From: Eledone cirrhosa
Taxonomy: Eukaryota
Reading direction: 5' to 3'
Assembly (NCBI GenBank): GCA_964016885.1
Contig: OZ024740.1
Coordinates: 267,964,001-268,028,000, forward strand
Length of the DNA: 64,000 bases
A program made the translations under genes and the position numbers. The notes under the pieces are model-generated. The model had not been told where the DNA came from and ran no database searches. It saw only the letters and a list, made by a program, of their open reading frames with translations. Positions 40,309 through 54,279 of the stretch are shown here, in pieces; position 1 is the stretch's first letter, and every line of letters begins with the position of its first letter.

Positions 40309-41011
40309 CATAAAATGATACGAAACGAAAGGAGCTGTGTGGTTACTAAATACAAGGTTTAGGATGGTGGCTAGGACGGAACAAGAGGAGAAAAGAAGAA
40401 ACAATCCTTCGTCAGCTGTAAAAAACCGCGATCCCTCTCTGTAGTAAAAACAACGTCGATGCTGATATCTTGGGCTTTTTGGACGTATACCATCAACATC
40501 TTCGATTGAAATGAAGAATTATTTCATATGAATCGATAGTTGGTAATCGATAATCGATCGCTTGTATTGATTCTTCTTTACACTACGTCTCTTGGGCTAT
40601 AAAACAATACTGTAAGGAAAATATAGCTTTCTCCACCTTAAGTATGTAATTTTTCCTGAATATTATTTGCATGTGTGTTATGTGTGTTCAAATTACTGTG
40701 TTTCTCAAATGATATATAACTCTTTCTCTCTCTCTCTAAATATATCTCTTGAATTTGAATTATTGATGCTCTGAACTGAAGTCTATTGAGCTTATTTAAA
40801 GAGAAACATGGTCATTATACATATTAAATATATTTTAATACCTTAACATGTGTATAGCTCTTCCAAATTTCTTAATTTGTTGAGTTGATTCAAATGTGAC
40901 TGATATTTTGCTGCTCTTTCTAGCCGATAAGATGTCTAGTCCTATTTATATCTGCCCTCATCATTAAACTTTTTTTTGTACTCAGAAAATACACTGCTGA
41001 TGCCGTAACAA

Positions 41012-41232
41012 ATAATTGTTTCTACTTTAGGCACAAAGCCAACAATTCTGAGGGAGAGGAAAGTCGACTAAATCGACCCCAGTGCATTACTGGTACTTTA
41101 TTTTATCGACCCCCTAAGGATGAAAGGCAAAGCTTAACCTCGGCGGGATTTGAACTCAGATTGCAAAGGGTTGTATTTCTTTGCTGCGAAGCATGTTGTC
41201 CGACGCCCCACCAATACTGCCAATCCACCGCC
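41012..41232 (-). mobile_element. SINE family A copy (long-tail variant)
   Basis: Reverse-complement match. Confidence 0.85.
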
Positions 41233-42305
41233 TTTTACAAATAATATATTTGCACCTGTAATTCTAGTCGCCATCTTTTCTTTGTTTGTCTATGCTCATT
41301 CTAGGACCATACATTATCCGACGCATCCTTTTCTAAGGTCTATCCAGGAATACAGTATCTAATGAGTCCTTCTTCCTTTTTTTAATACACAACGGTTTTA
41401 GAGATTTAACTGCTATATCTGGCATACCGAGTGATCACTTAGTGGCTCCATAGTTAATTTGTGATTTGAGGGAGATTTGGTTGCTATATCTAGCAGACCA
41501 TATAGTGGCAACTTTCTTGTTTTTTGTTAGTTTGTTCGAGAGGAAGGTTGTCCACGTAAGATTGAGGTTCAAAACTTAAGGAGTTCTAAAAATAACATTA
41601 ACTAAAAATTCATAAAACATGCCCCACCTAAATCATTACAAAACGGGGCGGAGTAGAAAGGGAATTAAAAGGTGGGGAGCGGAAATAAATCAATAGGCAA
41701 ACATTTGCACACATTTATTTGTTTTGTTGTTTTAACTGAATCACTAGAAACGAGAGAAAGGCAGGCGGGGGAGGGGCCGTGAGAGCGTAGGAGAGGGGGA
41801 GAGAGAGAATTATATATATAGAAAGAGGTAGAGAGAGAGAGAGAGTAAGGGAGGAGGAAAGATAAATATATATATACAGAGAGGGGGGGGGGGAGGGGAG
41901 AGAGACGCACACACACACACATTGACACCCGGCTGATTACAACCAACCCATTTCCTTAGAGATGCGATAGTAACATTCGCGTGGCAGATATATATATATT
42001 CGCCTGTGACTGACCGACAGACTGACAAACGGCACACGCTTGCTGGTGCCTTATGCTAGCAAACTTAAGGGTAATGATGCATGGGTTTGTTTGTTTTCTT
42101 GTGTGTAAGTGTGTGTATGTGTGTATGTGTGTGTGTATGTGTGTGTGTATGTGTGTGTGTGTGTGAAAGTGTGTGTGAGATGAGCCTGTTGCTATGGTTG
42201 CGTAGGCCTGTTTTCTAGCACACGTACGTATTTGTATAAAGGAAAAGGGGTGGACGCAAAAGCAAGCCAGCTTGCTGTAAGCCTGTTATATATATATGTG
42301 TGTGT

Positions 42306-42365
<60 letters not shown>

Positions 42366-42869
42366 CTCTGAGTGTATGTGTGTGTGTCTCCGTGTGTATG
42401 TGTATGTGTGTATGTGTGTGTGTAACCCTGTTGCTTATATGCGTGTGTGAGTTCTTTTTTTTAATGAAATTCTGTTGCGTGTGTAAAGCCTGTTGCTGTT
42501 TAGGCACGCAGCTAGGGTGTATGTCTCACGATCGTAAATTCGTGAGTTCGATTCTTGGGGGCATGTTGTGTCCTTGAGCAAGACTCTTTATTTCACATTA
42601 CTACAGTTCATTCAGTTAGCAAAAGTGCGTTGTACCTCTAATTTAAAGGACTAGTCTTTTCACTTTTCCCGCCACGCGGAATCTTATTGAGAACCACATT
42701 ACGGGTACATGCTCAGCCACTTTCACATTAATTTAATGAGCAAGCTGTTTCGCTGTTTCAAACATCTGGAATACTCATCCTTGGAACCAACAGAGGTCCA
42801 ACACAAGCCTGTCACTAACTTAGTCATATTGCATATGAAAGCATATTATTATTGAGATTTACTTTGTAT

Positions 42870-43802
42870 TTCGTCCTTCCGGGGTCGATAAAATAAAGTA
42901 CCAGTAATACACTAGGGTATTTGCTGGCCTTGTGCTAAAAGTAGAAACAATTATTATTTTGTGACAAATCTCGCCGAAATTAACTTTACCTTTCTTTCTT
43001 ACAGGGTCAATAAAATGAAGTCCCAGTAACGCACTAGGGTCGATTTAATCAATGTTCCCTTCCCCCTAACATTTTTGGCCTTGTACTTAAATCAGAAACC
43101 ATTATTTTTTGACAAATTTCACCGAGGTTAACTTTGCCTTTTATCCTTACAGGTTCAATAATATAAAGTACCAGTAATGCACTGGAGTCGATTTAATCAA
43201 CTTTCCCCTCTCCTAAAATTGTTGGATTTGTACTTAAATCAGAAACCAATATTCTGTGACAAATCAGAAACCAATATTCTGTGACAATCCGTAAAGATGA
43301 AAGGCTTTGCCTTTCATCTTTACGGGAATCGATAAAATAAATGGCTATTGACACACTGGTGTCGACTTAATCGACATTCCTTTCCGCCAAAATTGTTGAC
43401 CTTGTGCCAAAAATTAGAAACCATTATTTTTTGGCAGTATCGGTAGAGAGTTGGAATCCATGCTTTCCAGCATAGTTCCGTCCCTTTACAGTCTGAGTTC
43501 AAATCCCGCCGAGGTTTATTTTGCCTTTCATCCTTACGGGGTCGATAAAATAAAGTACCAGTAATGCACTGGGTTATTGCTGGCCTTGTGCCTAAAGTAG
43601 AAACAATTATTTTGTGGTGGATTGGCAGTATCGGTAGAGGCCGGACGCCATGCTTTGACACATAGAGTTACGCCCCTTTCCATTCTAAGTTCAAATCCCG
43701 CCGAGGTTAACTTTGCCTTTCATCCTTACGGGGTCGATAAAATAAAGTACCAGTAATACACTAGGTAATTGCTGGCCTTGTGCCAAAAGTAGAAACAATC
43801 AT
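42870..43802 (+). mobile_element. Cluster of about 6 full or partial SINE A copies
   Basis: Cores at about 42875, 42985, 43135, 43305, 43520 and 43712. Confidence 0.9.
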
Positions 43803-43923
43803 TTTGTGATAACTGTGGATTGACATAGAGACGGATAGGGTAAGGAACGCGTGGTAGGCAGTTCATATCTTGTTATTCTGAATGTGGCTTCCACCCCCGT
43901 TTCAAGATTCCTATCTCCTAACG

Positions 43924-44109
43924 CAGGCATGTCAAACTGAGGGTCCCCCGAGGGCCACATGGGTCACATATGTGTTATCTGAGGGCCACACACGACAACT
44001 AATTTTACGAAGATAAAACAAGCTCGAGCTGCAAAAACCTTTGTGCGGGCGGCAGGTGTGCTTCTAAAGGGCGCCATGCAGCCTGTGGGCCGCATGTTTG
44101 ACATGCCTG
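43924..44109. mobile_element. hAT-superfamily MITE
   Basis: TIR caggcatgtcaaac / gtttgacatgcctg with a perfect 8-bp TSD TCCTAACG (43916-43923 and 44110-44117). Confidence 0.92.
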
Positions 44110-44849
44110 TCCTAACGAACCAAATCACTGAATTAGCTGTAAGTAAGCAATCATTGTAAGCTGTCGGAGCATTTCTGTTTTTGTTCGTGATAGAAGCACT
44201 AATTACAAAGCCGTGGACCATCAAGTTAGTGAAAACTCGAATGTATATATTATATCCTGAGTGTGTTAAGATGGAGAGTTAAATGAAGAGAGGAAGTGAA
44301 GTGAGAACCTGTAATAAAGTTTCACTATCCGGTATCAATATCTCATGAGCCTCAACATATTCCAACGTTAGTACCACAGATGTGCTGTCTCATCACTCTG
44401 ACTTCTCAACCGGTTTTAACTGTGACTTTCGCCCTTCAGGACTGATTTCTTGTCACCTCTGCTCAAATACATACCCTCGTCGTTCCTTCATGAGTCACCT
44501 ATTCATTGTTCTTACTCTTTCAAGTCACACATTATTCACTAGGGTTTATATGGGAGGTAGGGGAGTCAGTACAGGAGCCCGGGGCCGAGTTCTGTGAATA
44601 TCTGAAATTGTTAACCCTCTAAGAAAAATTTTTAACTTTCTGATTCAAATTTGGTAGAAGCCCCCCCCCCCCCCCCCCCCCCCGGAGGAAAGGCGAAAGC
44701 AGTCTTGCCCGACATACTTTGCAACATTTCTCTCGGAGTCCCTGCTAGCTACTATTACATCAAATCCTTTTTCACCCGATGGATTTCTTTTCCTGTCTTT
44801 GTTTTTTCTGGCAGTTGTTCAAAATGATGTTTTTCATATTTGTGTTTCG

Positions 44850-45372
44850 TAGGGTGGTGGATTGGCAGAATAGACAGACCGTCGGACTAATAATTAGTAG
44901 TAATGTTTTCAACTCTTTACGCTCTGAGTTCATGTTCCGCTCAGGTCAACTTTGTCTTTCATCCTTTTAAAGTCTATAGAATGAAGTACCAATCAGGTAC
45001 TGGGCAGATATAACCGTCTTAACGCTTTATCAAATTGCTGGCCTTTCGTATGTGTTGGTCTTTCATCCTTTTAAAGTCTATAGACTAAACTACCAGTCAG
45101 GTACTGGGCAGATATAACCGTCTTAACGCTTTATCAAATTGCTGGCCTTTCGTATGTGTTGGTCTTTCATCCTTTTAAAGTCTATAGACTAAACTACCAG
45201 TCAGGTACTGGGCAGATATAACCGTCTTAACGCTTTATCAAATTGCTGGCCTTTCGTATGTGTTGGTCTTTCATCCTTTTAAAGTCTATAGACTAAACTA
45301 CCAGTCAGCTACTGGGCAGATATAATTGTCTTTACGCTTTATAAAATTGCTGGCCTTATGCCTAAATCAGAA
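44850..45372 (+). repeat. SINE A whose 3' half is amplified as a 104-bp tandem repeat (x4)
   Basis: gtctttcatccttttaaagtctataga at 44954, 45058, 45162 and 45266. Confidence 0.9.
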
Positions 45373-45531
45373 GTCTTATGCATTTCGTTATTTTATTTTT
45401 TCCATGTATAACATGTAAGCCGATTAACCGGTATCTGGGAGATACATGGTTCAATTTCTCATAGGGGCCAATAGCAACTTCTTTTTGCGTCTTCACTCTA
45501 TTTTATAGGCTTCACTCATTTTTTTAAGCTA

Positions 45532-45835
45532 CTAGACCACCCGGGACCCGTTGGGTCACGTTCACTTCAAAATATTAAGAAAAAATCATATTCACTTAAA
45601 TAATTTAAATATACACAGACATGTATATAATGTGAAATGAAACTGAAAGGCCTATATATATACGTGTGTATGTATATGTGTGTGTTTGTATACCCCCCCC
45701 CCCACATATATATATATATATATGTTTGTGTGTGTGTGTGTGTGTGTATATATATGTGAGTGTCTGTGATCTACATGCACTGGTCATAGACACACACACA
45801 TATACACATATACATATATATACATACACACTCAC

Positions 45836-45884
<49 letters not shown>

Positions 45885-46199
45885 ACAACAACACCAGCTC
45901 TCTTACATTCTCCTTCTCTGTCTCCTCTGCCTCTCTCTATGTCCCTATTTCAATCTACTCTCACTCAACCACTATTTCTTCCTCTCTATCTTTCTCTCTC
46001 TTTGTTTATGAAGGTACCCCGAAAAACCCCATATCTCGGGAACCCGCGGTCCGATTTACGCGAAATTTGTTTTATTCCATTTGTATTTCTATTTCAGGGT
46101 CAACTTCCTGTCAAAGTATTTTCCCATTATGCACCCTTTTGGCTGTATTACATTACAGACAAGCAAGCAAGCAATCACAGACTTTTAGTATTATATAGA
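45532..46199 (-). mobile_element. Non-autonomous Helitron
   Basis: The minus strand starts A|TCtatataatac and ends with hairpin gaccc-aac-gggtc...ggtCTAG|T. Confidence 0.7.
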
Positions 46200-46564
46200 T
46201 AGATAGATTGTACAGCATCTCACATGTGCACACGACTCTTTATATTAACTTCATCCCCTCAGCACTTCGTAAAAGTATAAGAGATCGGCTACGAGTATAC
46301 GATGTTAGTATATATTTAAAAGGTGTGATTCAGCTACCTAATTTAATACGGTAAGAGTTGTAATGGTCCCCTGGGTTTATAGTTCAAAGTGCCTATCTGA
46401 GAGCTCATTTTATCACACCGGCCGATAGCACATCTTTTTCCGTTTTTAAGGGTCTTCACCGTTTTTAAGGGTCTTCACCACGTTCTATAGGTTATATAAT
46501 TTTACACAAGTGTAAACCGTAACTTGTTTCTTCTTCTTCTTCTTCTTCTTTTTCTCATCTTTCG

Positions 46565-46600
<36 letters not shown>

Positions 46601-47633
46601 ACCACATTCTAATCTCTCCCACGCAATATTTTCTTTTACATGAGTCAATGGGTGCGACTAATCACCGAAAACGATGGGTATGTTTAGACCACAAAAAAAA
46701 ACAAAACGAAAAGGTAAAAAAAAAAATAGAAAGAGGGAAAGTTTGTAGACATGGATTTCAAAATGGCAGAGCAATTTTTTTATTCTCTCTATATTTATTT
46801 ATTTCTCTATTTTTTTCTATTTTGGCACCGTTTTCACCATCACTGCTACCTCATTGTTTTTTCTACACACCTCTATTTCTTTCTTTGATAATTTTCAGCT
46901 GTCTTTTTCTGGGATGTGTATGAATGTACATCCATGTAAGTGTCTCTACATGCGTATATATGGACCCGTGAACTCCAGATGGAGTCATAAGTGCGCCGTC
47001 CTTACATAAAGCGTGTCCTTGACACTTTAAACTTGGTGGAGCTAGCTGAGAACACAGCCAATTTCTTCCGGGGAAGGTGGATGAGAAAGAGGAAATTGAG
47101 GAAAAATCGAGTCCAATCCTAGACTAGGGTTTTTTTCAGCGACTTCAAAAGGATGAAAGGCAAAGATAATCACAGAGATTAAAGAACCGGAATGAATCCA
47201 GGAAAGTGTTTGAACTACTCTGAAAATTCAATGCAATATAAGAGTCCATAAATGAATAAATAAAGTGAATAACTTTCGCTGTGGAGAACTAATGAGAGAG
47301 AAACATGTAGGTTGCATTCACTATGTTAGCGTATAGGTACTGTCCAATTTTAAATTATACACAAACAATTAGAACAGATGAGGATATAAATATTTTCTCC
47401 TTTGTATCTCATAACTGGGGCTGTAAAATACGAGGAAAAGTCTGATTGAAGTTTTTTCCTTCAGTTCACAATATTCAGACTGCAAGTCTTTATTTATATG
47501 TATATAATTCGTTGTTAACACATAATACGCGCATAACTTATTTTTCCATTCCAATTTCTATATCAGATTCCGAGAATCTATCGTGCATATATATGTATAT
47601 ACGTACGGACGTACATGCACGCATACATACATC

Positions 47634-47664
<31 letters not shown>

Positions 47665-47692
47665 GCATATATATATATATTTATATATATAT

Positions 47693-47725
<33 letters not shown>

Positions 47726-47766
47726 TGGAAAATGTGTGTAATCCGTGGTACACTTAGGTATATTAA

Positions 47767-48201
47767 GACAGGGGGATTTATTCGAGAATGACCGGGGCAG
47801 GCCGCACTTGCTACATTTCTCCCCACCCAACCCTACTCACCGTCTCAACTCATTACTGCTATGAACACTTTTTCAACACACCTACACCCATGCACTTATT
47901 AAAGGGGGAGAAAAGAAACCCCCACCACACCACAGACATGTTAAATCCCTATATATAGAACAACACACCACATACACATCAGTTTGACAAGCGCACCTCA
48001 GCGTGAAAGGTCTTTCTAAAAACGAAACAATACCTCCTACGTTAACCAAGAACTCCTAAGACCTAACCAACAACCAACAACTTAATTTATAAAATAATTT
48101 TTTTTAATAAAAAAAAAAAAAAAAATTTTTCTAATCCGGAAAAAGATTCTTTTTGGATTTTGTGAAGAAAATAAATTTGCCATTTTTTCTTCCCCCCTGT
48201 C
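47767..48201. mobile_element. MITE with TTAA TSD (Kolobok- or piggyBac-like)
   Basis: TTAA|GACAGGGGG ... CCCCCTGTC|TTAA. Confidence 0.6.
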
Positions 48202-48281
<80 letters not shown>

Positions 48282-48299
48282 TATGCATATATATGTATA

Positions 48300-48613
48300 T
48301 ATAATATAAAATATAAAATCAAAAGATGGTTAAAAGAGTTAAAAGTGTTAAATCAACATATGTTGATTTAACACTTCACTGCTCGCAAGTGTTTTTTAAG
48401 CTTCATATCATGTCTCCCTATTTTATCTGATGAGAACGCAAATATCATCCCATGATGATATTTGTTTTTGAAATGCGCCTAATAAAATACATGGAACTCT
48501 TTTAACCATCTTTTGATCTTATATTATTTATACTCCAGTCCTATATATAAACTGTTGAGCGCTACTTATCCGCTATTTGCATTGCTTTATTGTGCTACAA
48601 TAAAACTCACCTC

Positions 48614-48617
<4 letters not shown>
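48300..48617 (+). mobile_element. TA-flanked PLE terminal module with 5' inversion
   Basis: 48318-48340 is the reverse complement of 48495-48517; palindrome aagtgttaaatcaaca-ta-tgttgatttaacactt; contains an HHR. Confidence 0.75.
48419..48489 (+). ncRNA. Complete type I hammerhead ribozyme
   Basis: tattttat-CTGATGA-gaacgcaaatatcat(cccatg)atgatatttgttttt-GAAA-tgcgcc-TA^ataaaata; 8-bp stem I. Confidence 0.85.
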
Positions 48618-48681
<64 letters not shown>

Positions 48682-48863
48682 GGGGTAACAAATAATAGTT
48701 ATATGCAGTCCACTTACTGGTTATATCTTTGTATTGGCGATCGAGTAACGTAAAAATAAGCGGATAGCGATCTCTAGACCTACCAGTTCAGAGAAACAAT
48801 TGTCAGCAATGAGATTAAAAACCTTTTTTGTATAGCAAACCGTGTCACTCTTCTTTCCTGATT

Positions 48864-48940
<77 letters not shown>

Positions 48941-49139
48941 AGTAAATAAATATTTCGCAGTGGTATTGCGGATTATTTTTCCATGACGTGTATTTAACAA
49001 GAATTTGTTGTAAGAATGGAAGAAAAAAACTATCAAGTTTAGAGGCGATTAATTCAGCTTTGTTGTCCAAAGACTGTATATTGATGGTAAATATCCTATT
49101 TCTAAGTAGCTACACTGCATTTTAGTATCTCTAGCTATA

Positions 49140-49540
49140 GTTGCGTATACATACATACATGCGTACATACATACATACTTATATACATAGGTACATACAT
49201 AATACATGCATACATACATACATACACACACACACACATACATACGTACATACGTACATACATACACACATACATACGTACATACATACACACACACACA
49301 CACATACGTACATACGTACATGCATACACACACACACACACATACATACGTACATACATACGTACATACATATATTCGTGCGTAAGTACGTACTTTCAAA
49401 CATGCATAGGCACGGAGAAACATACATATATGCATACATACAATCATACATATATGCATACATACAAACATATATACATACATACAATCATACATATGCA
49501 TATACATACATATACATACATACATACATACATACATACA

Positions 49541-49573
<33 letters not shown>

Positions 49574-49590
49574 GTACACATACTTATGTA
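49140..49590. repeat. (ATAC)/(AC) compound microsatellite
   Basis: Direct inspection. Confidence 0.9.
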
Positions 49591-49985
49591 TAAACATATA
49601 CCAATAGAGCCTCAATGTCTGAATATAGCCAGTGGGAAAAGCTCGCAATTTCAAGAACAAAACTTCCTCTAGGGGTCTCCAGGTGATGAGTAGAAAGCAA
49701 TGGAGAAAAAACTATATACATACCACACGAATGCACACACACTCCTATTTTCACAAACATGTATCTAATACTATCAATCAACAAAGAGGATACAAAATGG
49801 CGACAAATAATTTCGTGTAACTATAGCATAGTTACATAATAGATATATTTCTTTATTACATAATAGATAAGGCACTAATCAGGCTACATCGCCTCTTAGC
49901 TGTTGATTGTATTACATTAAACCTCTACGAAACTTACACACATACACACACACATAAACATCGCACACGCACACTCACATACACG

Positions 49986-50033
<48 letters not shown>

Positions 50034-50064
50034 AACACGCTTAGATATAAATATATACAAGCAC

Positions 50065-50140
<76 letters not shown>

Positions 50141-50157
50141 ATATATGTGTGTGTGTG

Positions 50158-50278
<121 letters not shown>

Positions 50279-50287
50279 ATATATATA

Positions 50288-50334
<47 letters not shown>

Positions 50335-50349
50335 ATATATATATATATA

Positions 50350-50545
50350 AATCAAGATGGATTCAGTAAGAAGCTGGTTAGACTATTACTCACCAGCGTC
50401 CTCGATACTTGGCGTAATAGTGTATGGTTATATAAATGAGTTAGGATCCCGACGGTTGAGCTCTTGCCGTTTCAACAGCTAGTTCTAGAATGAAACTAGC
50501 TGGTGAAACAGCAAGAGCTCATTCGTCAGGCTTGTGACTCATTCA
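50350..50545. mobile_element. TA-flanked fold-back module, 9863 family
   Basis: Inverted repeat about 50435-50545; the minus arm reads gctgtt-GAAACGGC-aagagctca-ACCGTC^gggatc. Confidence 0.7.
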
Positions 50546-50554
50546 TATATATAT

Positions 50555-50950
50555 ATATTAATAAAAGGAATTCCAACTTTGTCTGATTTACTCGTTTTAT
50601 TTACAATCCTTTAAAATTTATAATGGTATTATAATGAAATAGTATGGTAGAATATTAAATGTTAAGTGTTAATTGAACAAGTACTTTCATGCTTTCGCGA
50701 TCTTCAGGTTCATATGCTGTGGTGACAGTCAAGTTTGCAATTTGCAATTTTCACAGTTGAAAATTGCAAACTTGACTGTCACCACACAATATGAACCTGA
50801 AGATTGCGAAAGTATGAAAGTACTTGTTCAATTAACACTTAACATTTAATATTCTACCATAATATTTCATTCTAATACCATTATAAATTTTAAAGGATTG
50901 TAAATAAAACGAGTAAATCAGACAAAGTTGGAATTCCTTTTATTAATATA
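50555..50950. mobile_element. Near-perfect fold-back (arms about 190 bp) with an HHR on each strand
   Basis: Plus strand tgaac-CTGAAGA-ttgc(gaaa)gtat-GAAA-gtac-TT^gttca (50792-50830); mirror copy at 50674-50712. Confidence 0.88.
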
Positions 50951-50988
50951 ATCTTCTATACACAATCATACACACCCGTGTATATTTA

Positions 50989-51054
<66 letters not shown>

Positions 51055-51130
51055 GTGCAAATTTATACGGGAACAAAACAGAGAGGCAGACAAATAAAGG
51101 TTTATTAGGTTCACGCTTTTGAGAGTGGGG

Positions 51131-51180
<50 letters not shown>

Positions 51181-52789
51181 CCATTCTCTTATATATAGTG
51201 AAAAATGGAACGGGAACAAAAGAGAGGCAATACGAACAAAGGTTTATTAGTTTCACGCTCTTGGGAGTGTGTGTGTGTGGGGGGGGGGACGTTTCGGGCA
51301 TAAGCCCTTCTTCAGGCGAAAAGTGTGTGGGAAGAGAGTTCCGAGGGTGTGTAGGGGAGTGGAGAAGAGACATTTAGAAAAAAAGGGGAGGGGGGAGAGG
51401 AAAGGGAGGAAAAACGGTGGAAAGGGTACAAATAAAAAAATAAAAAAATAAAAAATAAACATGAAGATAAACAAGTGGTGGAAGGGTGTAGGCGTGTAGG
51501 GGTGGTGGCGGGTGGAGTGGGGGAGAGGGAGGCGGGGTAACCGAGCGTGGAGGGCTGAAGGTGGTGTTTGTGTGTAGGTGTACGTGTGTGTGTGTGTATG
51601 TGAATGTGAGAGTTGGGGGAAGAACAAGGTTCCATGTTCAGGAAAAGGTGTGTGTGTGTGGGGTGTAGGTCGGTGTGTGCGTGCGCGTGTGGATGGGAAG
51701 GGCGTCGGAGGGGTGGGGGAGGGGGATTCCGGAGGCTGAGTGTGTATAGATGTGGGGGTACGCACGTGTGTGTGTTGTTTATACGTATTGTGGATGTAGG
51801 TGGCGTGGTTCTAAAAAAAATTTTTGTGAGTGTATGTCCGTGGGTAAGTTCCTAAGGTAGTTCCGTAGAGGGTGTGGTGCGTTGCCGGATATTTTCCATG
51901 TGATGGAGTTGATAGTGGGAACGGTGGCCAATGGTGTGTAATCCGTGGTTGTGTTGGTCGGAAGAGGGGAGATGTGGGGTGCACGCGCAACAGCAAGTGG
52001 TCAGAGGGTCAAGGCAGGGTAGAGGAGAATGACAGGTGGAGAGGGCTGTGTGTCTGTGTGTGCGGAGAGGTGGTCAGAGGGTCAAGGCATAGCAGCAGTA
52101 GAGGAGAATGGCAGGTGGAGAAAGTCAGTGTCAGTGTGTGCGGAGGTGCGGTGGACAGGGGAGAGGATGGGTAGGTGTGAAAGGTGGAGTGGGAGGGCTC
52201 ATGCGGGGGGATGGGGTGTGTATTAGTAGAGGTGTTAGTGAGATGTGTGTGTGAAGGGGTGTGGGTGGAGCGGGGAGAGGGAGAGAAAGATGTGGGGGAC
52301 AGTGGAGGGAGTGTAGTGTACTGGTGTGTGTGTGCGTGTTTGGATGAGCGTGTGTGTGGTGAAGGGGGTGTTAGTGGGTATTAGTATACTGGTGTTGGGG
52401 AAAGGGTTGAATGCGGGTTAGTGGGGTTCAATGGTGGTAGGTGTGTAGAGTGGGTGGTGTAAGTGGGTGTGGGTGTGTGTGTGTGTTCGTGTGCATGGGA
52501 TCGAGGGGATGTTAGTGGTATTAGTTGTGGGGTGGTGGGAGTGGATGTGTGGGTGAGGGTTAGTGGTGGTAGTAGGGTGTGTGGATAGTGTGAGTGCGTG
52601 TATATATGTACCGGTGAGTGTGTGCGTGATAGGGGGAGGAGGGAGGGGAATGTTAGTATTGTTAGTGGGGGGGGGAGTATTGCTAGTTGTGGGGGTGGGC
52701 GGTGAAAAGGAGGAGTGTGTTAGTGGTGTTAGTGGGGGATAAGTGTGTCTGTGTGTGTGTATTGGGGGGAGGGGGGTCGGAAGCTAAAG

Positions 52790-53072
52790 GAATAGGGGTG
52801 GGGAGTTCAGGCCGGGGGGATTGTGGGTCTGTAGGGTGAAGATGGTGCGTTGTTCCACCCTGAGGCGAGTGGCGGGTGTTCCGTGGCATTGGAGTAGGCC
52901 ACAGACTGTGAGGTGGTGCGCGGAATGTCCAGGGGAGCCAAAGTGGCGGGCGACGGAAGAACTACCGCCGAGACGAATATCCCGGAGGTGTTCGGTGAAA
53001 CGGTCCGCCAGGCGACGTCCAGTTTGTCCGACGTAGGTTGCGCTACACTCCGTGCAGCGGAGTCCATAGACT
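52790..53072 (-). pseudogene. PLE GIY-YIG endonuclease remnant
   Basis: VYGLRCTECSATYVGQTGRRLADRFTEHLRDIR...VARHF...GH...R...EQRTIFTLQTHNPPGLN. Confidence 0.9.
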
Positions 53073-53344
53073 AGGTTGGAGGAGGTGCAGCGGAAGGCGT
53101 GCCGGACAGAGAGAGAATGGCCGTTGGGACCCTGGAAGGTGGTGGTGTTGGTGATGTGGGGGCAGGTGTTGGAACGAGGCCTGGAACAGGGAAGGGAACC
53201 GGGGGGAAGAGAGCGTGGGTAGCGGTGGAGGGGTAGGGTGGAGGGGTGGTAGGTGATGGGGAAGGGAAGATGTTGAGTGGGTGTGCGGTGGCGTGGGGTG
53301 AGGGTGGTGGAGCGGTGGACAGCACGGGCGCGAGTAAGGGCGGT

Positions 53345-53855
53345 GTGGACGAGAGGGAGGGGAGGGGGGTTAATCTCTGTGGATGAAATGGCTGACTAGG
53401 GAAAGGGCCTGGGACTCAAAGTCAGCATCTCGGCTGCAGAGGCGGTGGATCCTGAGGAGTTGGGAGTAGGGAATAGAGTGTTTAGTGTGTGTAGGGTGGG
53501 AGGAGGTGAAGTCGAGGTAGGAGTGGTAGTCGGTGGGTTTGAAGAAGGCGGAGGTGACGAGGGAGTGGTGGGAGGGGTCGAGGGCGACGGAGATGTCTAA
53601 GAAGTGGACGTGGGTGGTGGAGATAGAGGTGGTGAAGTGAATGGAGGGGTGGAAGGAGCAGAAGAAGGAGAGAAAGTAGTCGAGCTATTCTAGGGTGAGG
53701 GTCGTGGCTGTGATACAGTCGTCGATGTAACGACCGTACAGTTCGGGCGTGGGGCCGGTGTACTGGGCAAAGATTTGGGCCTCAACATGGCCAACGAAAA
53801 GGTTGGCATAGTTTGGGCCCATTCTTGTGCCTATGGCTACCCCCGTGACCTGTTT
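53345..53855 (-). pseudogene. PLE reverse transcriptase remnant
   Basis: [21 protein letters not shown]...YGRYIDD...*...FHPSIHFT...VHFLDI...FFKPTDYHSYLDFTSSHP...SIPYSQLLRIHRLCS. Confidence 0.92.
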
Positions 53856-53857
53856 AT

Positions 53858-53917
<60 letters not shown>

Positions 53918-54073
53918 GCCCGTGTGTGTGTATGTATGTATGTATGTATGTATGTATGTATGTATGTATAGTCCCGTGACTCCTGATAGAGTCGTAGGGG
54001 CACCGTATTAACATACGGCGTTTCTTGTGCATTTTAAGCCTGGCGGAGCCTGTCTCTCTCCAGTACACACACA

Positions 54074-54196
<123 letters not shown>

Positions 54197-54279
54197 ATAT
54201 TTCTCCAAAATAAGATTATTGTCCGAAACGTTATGACTCTTTTCCTGCTATTTCAAGTGTTATATTTATATCTAAAATA

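Larger units (their letters stand above)
51190..53855 (-). mobile_element. Penelope-like retroelement, 5'-truncated into (TA)n
   Basis: RT remnant, GIY-YIG domain, about 1.5 kb 3' region with HHR (51288-51315), and a terminal segment duplicated at 51055-51132. Confidence 0.92.

Noticed and set aside
40150-40420. Partial HHR-like words (TTGATGA...GAAAC; CTGACGAagga), with similar half-motifs at 4101, 38455, 48793 and 54224
   Set aside because: Only half-motifs or poor stems; not called individually.
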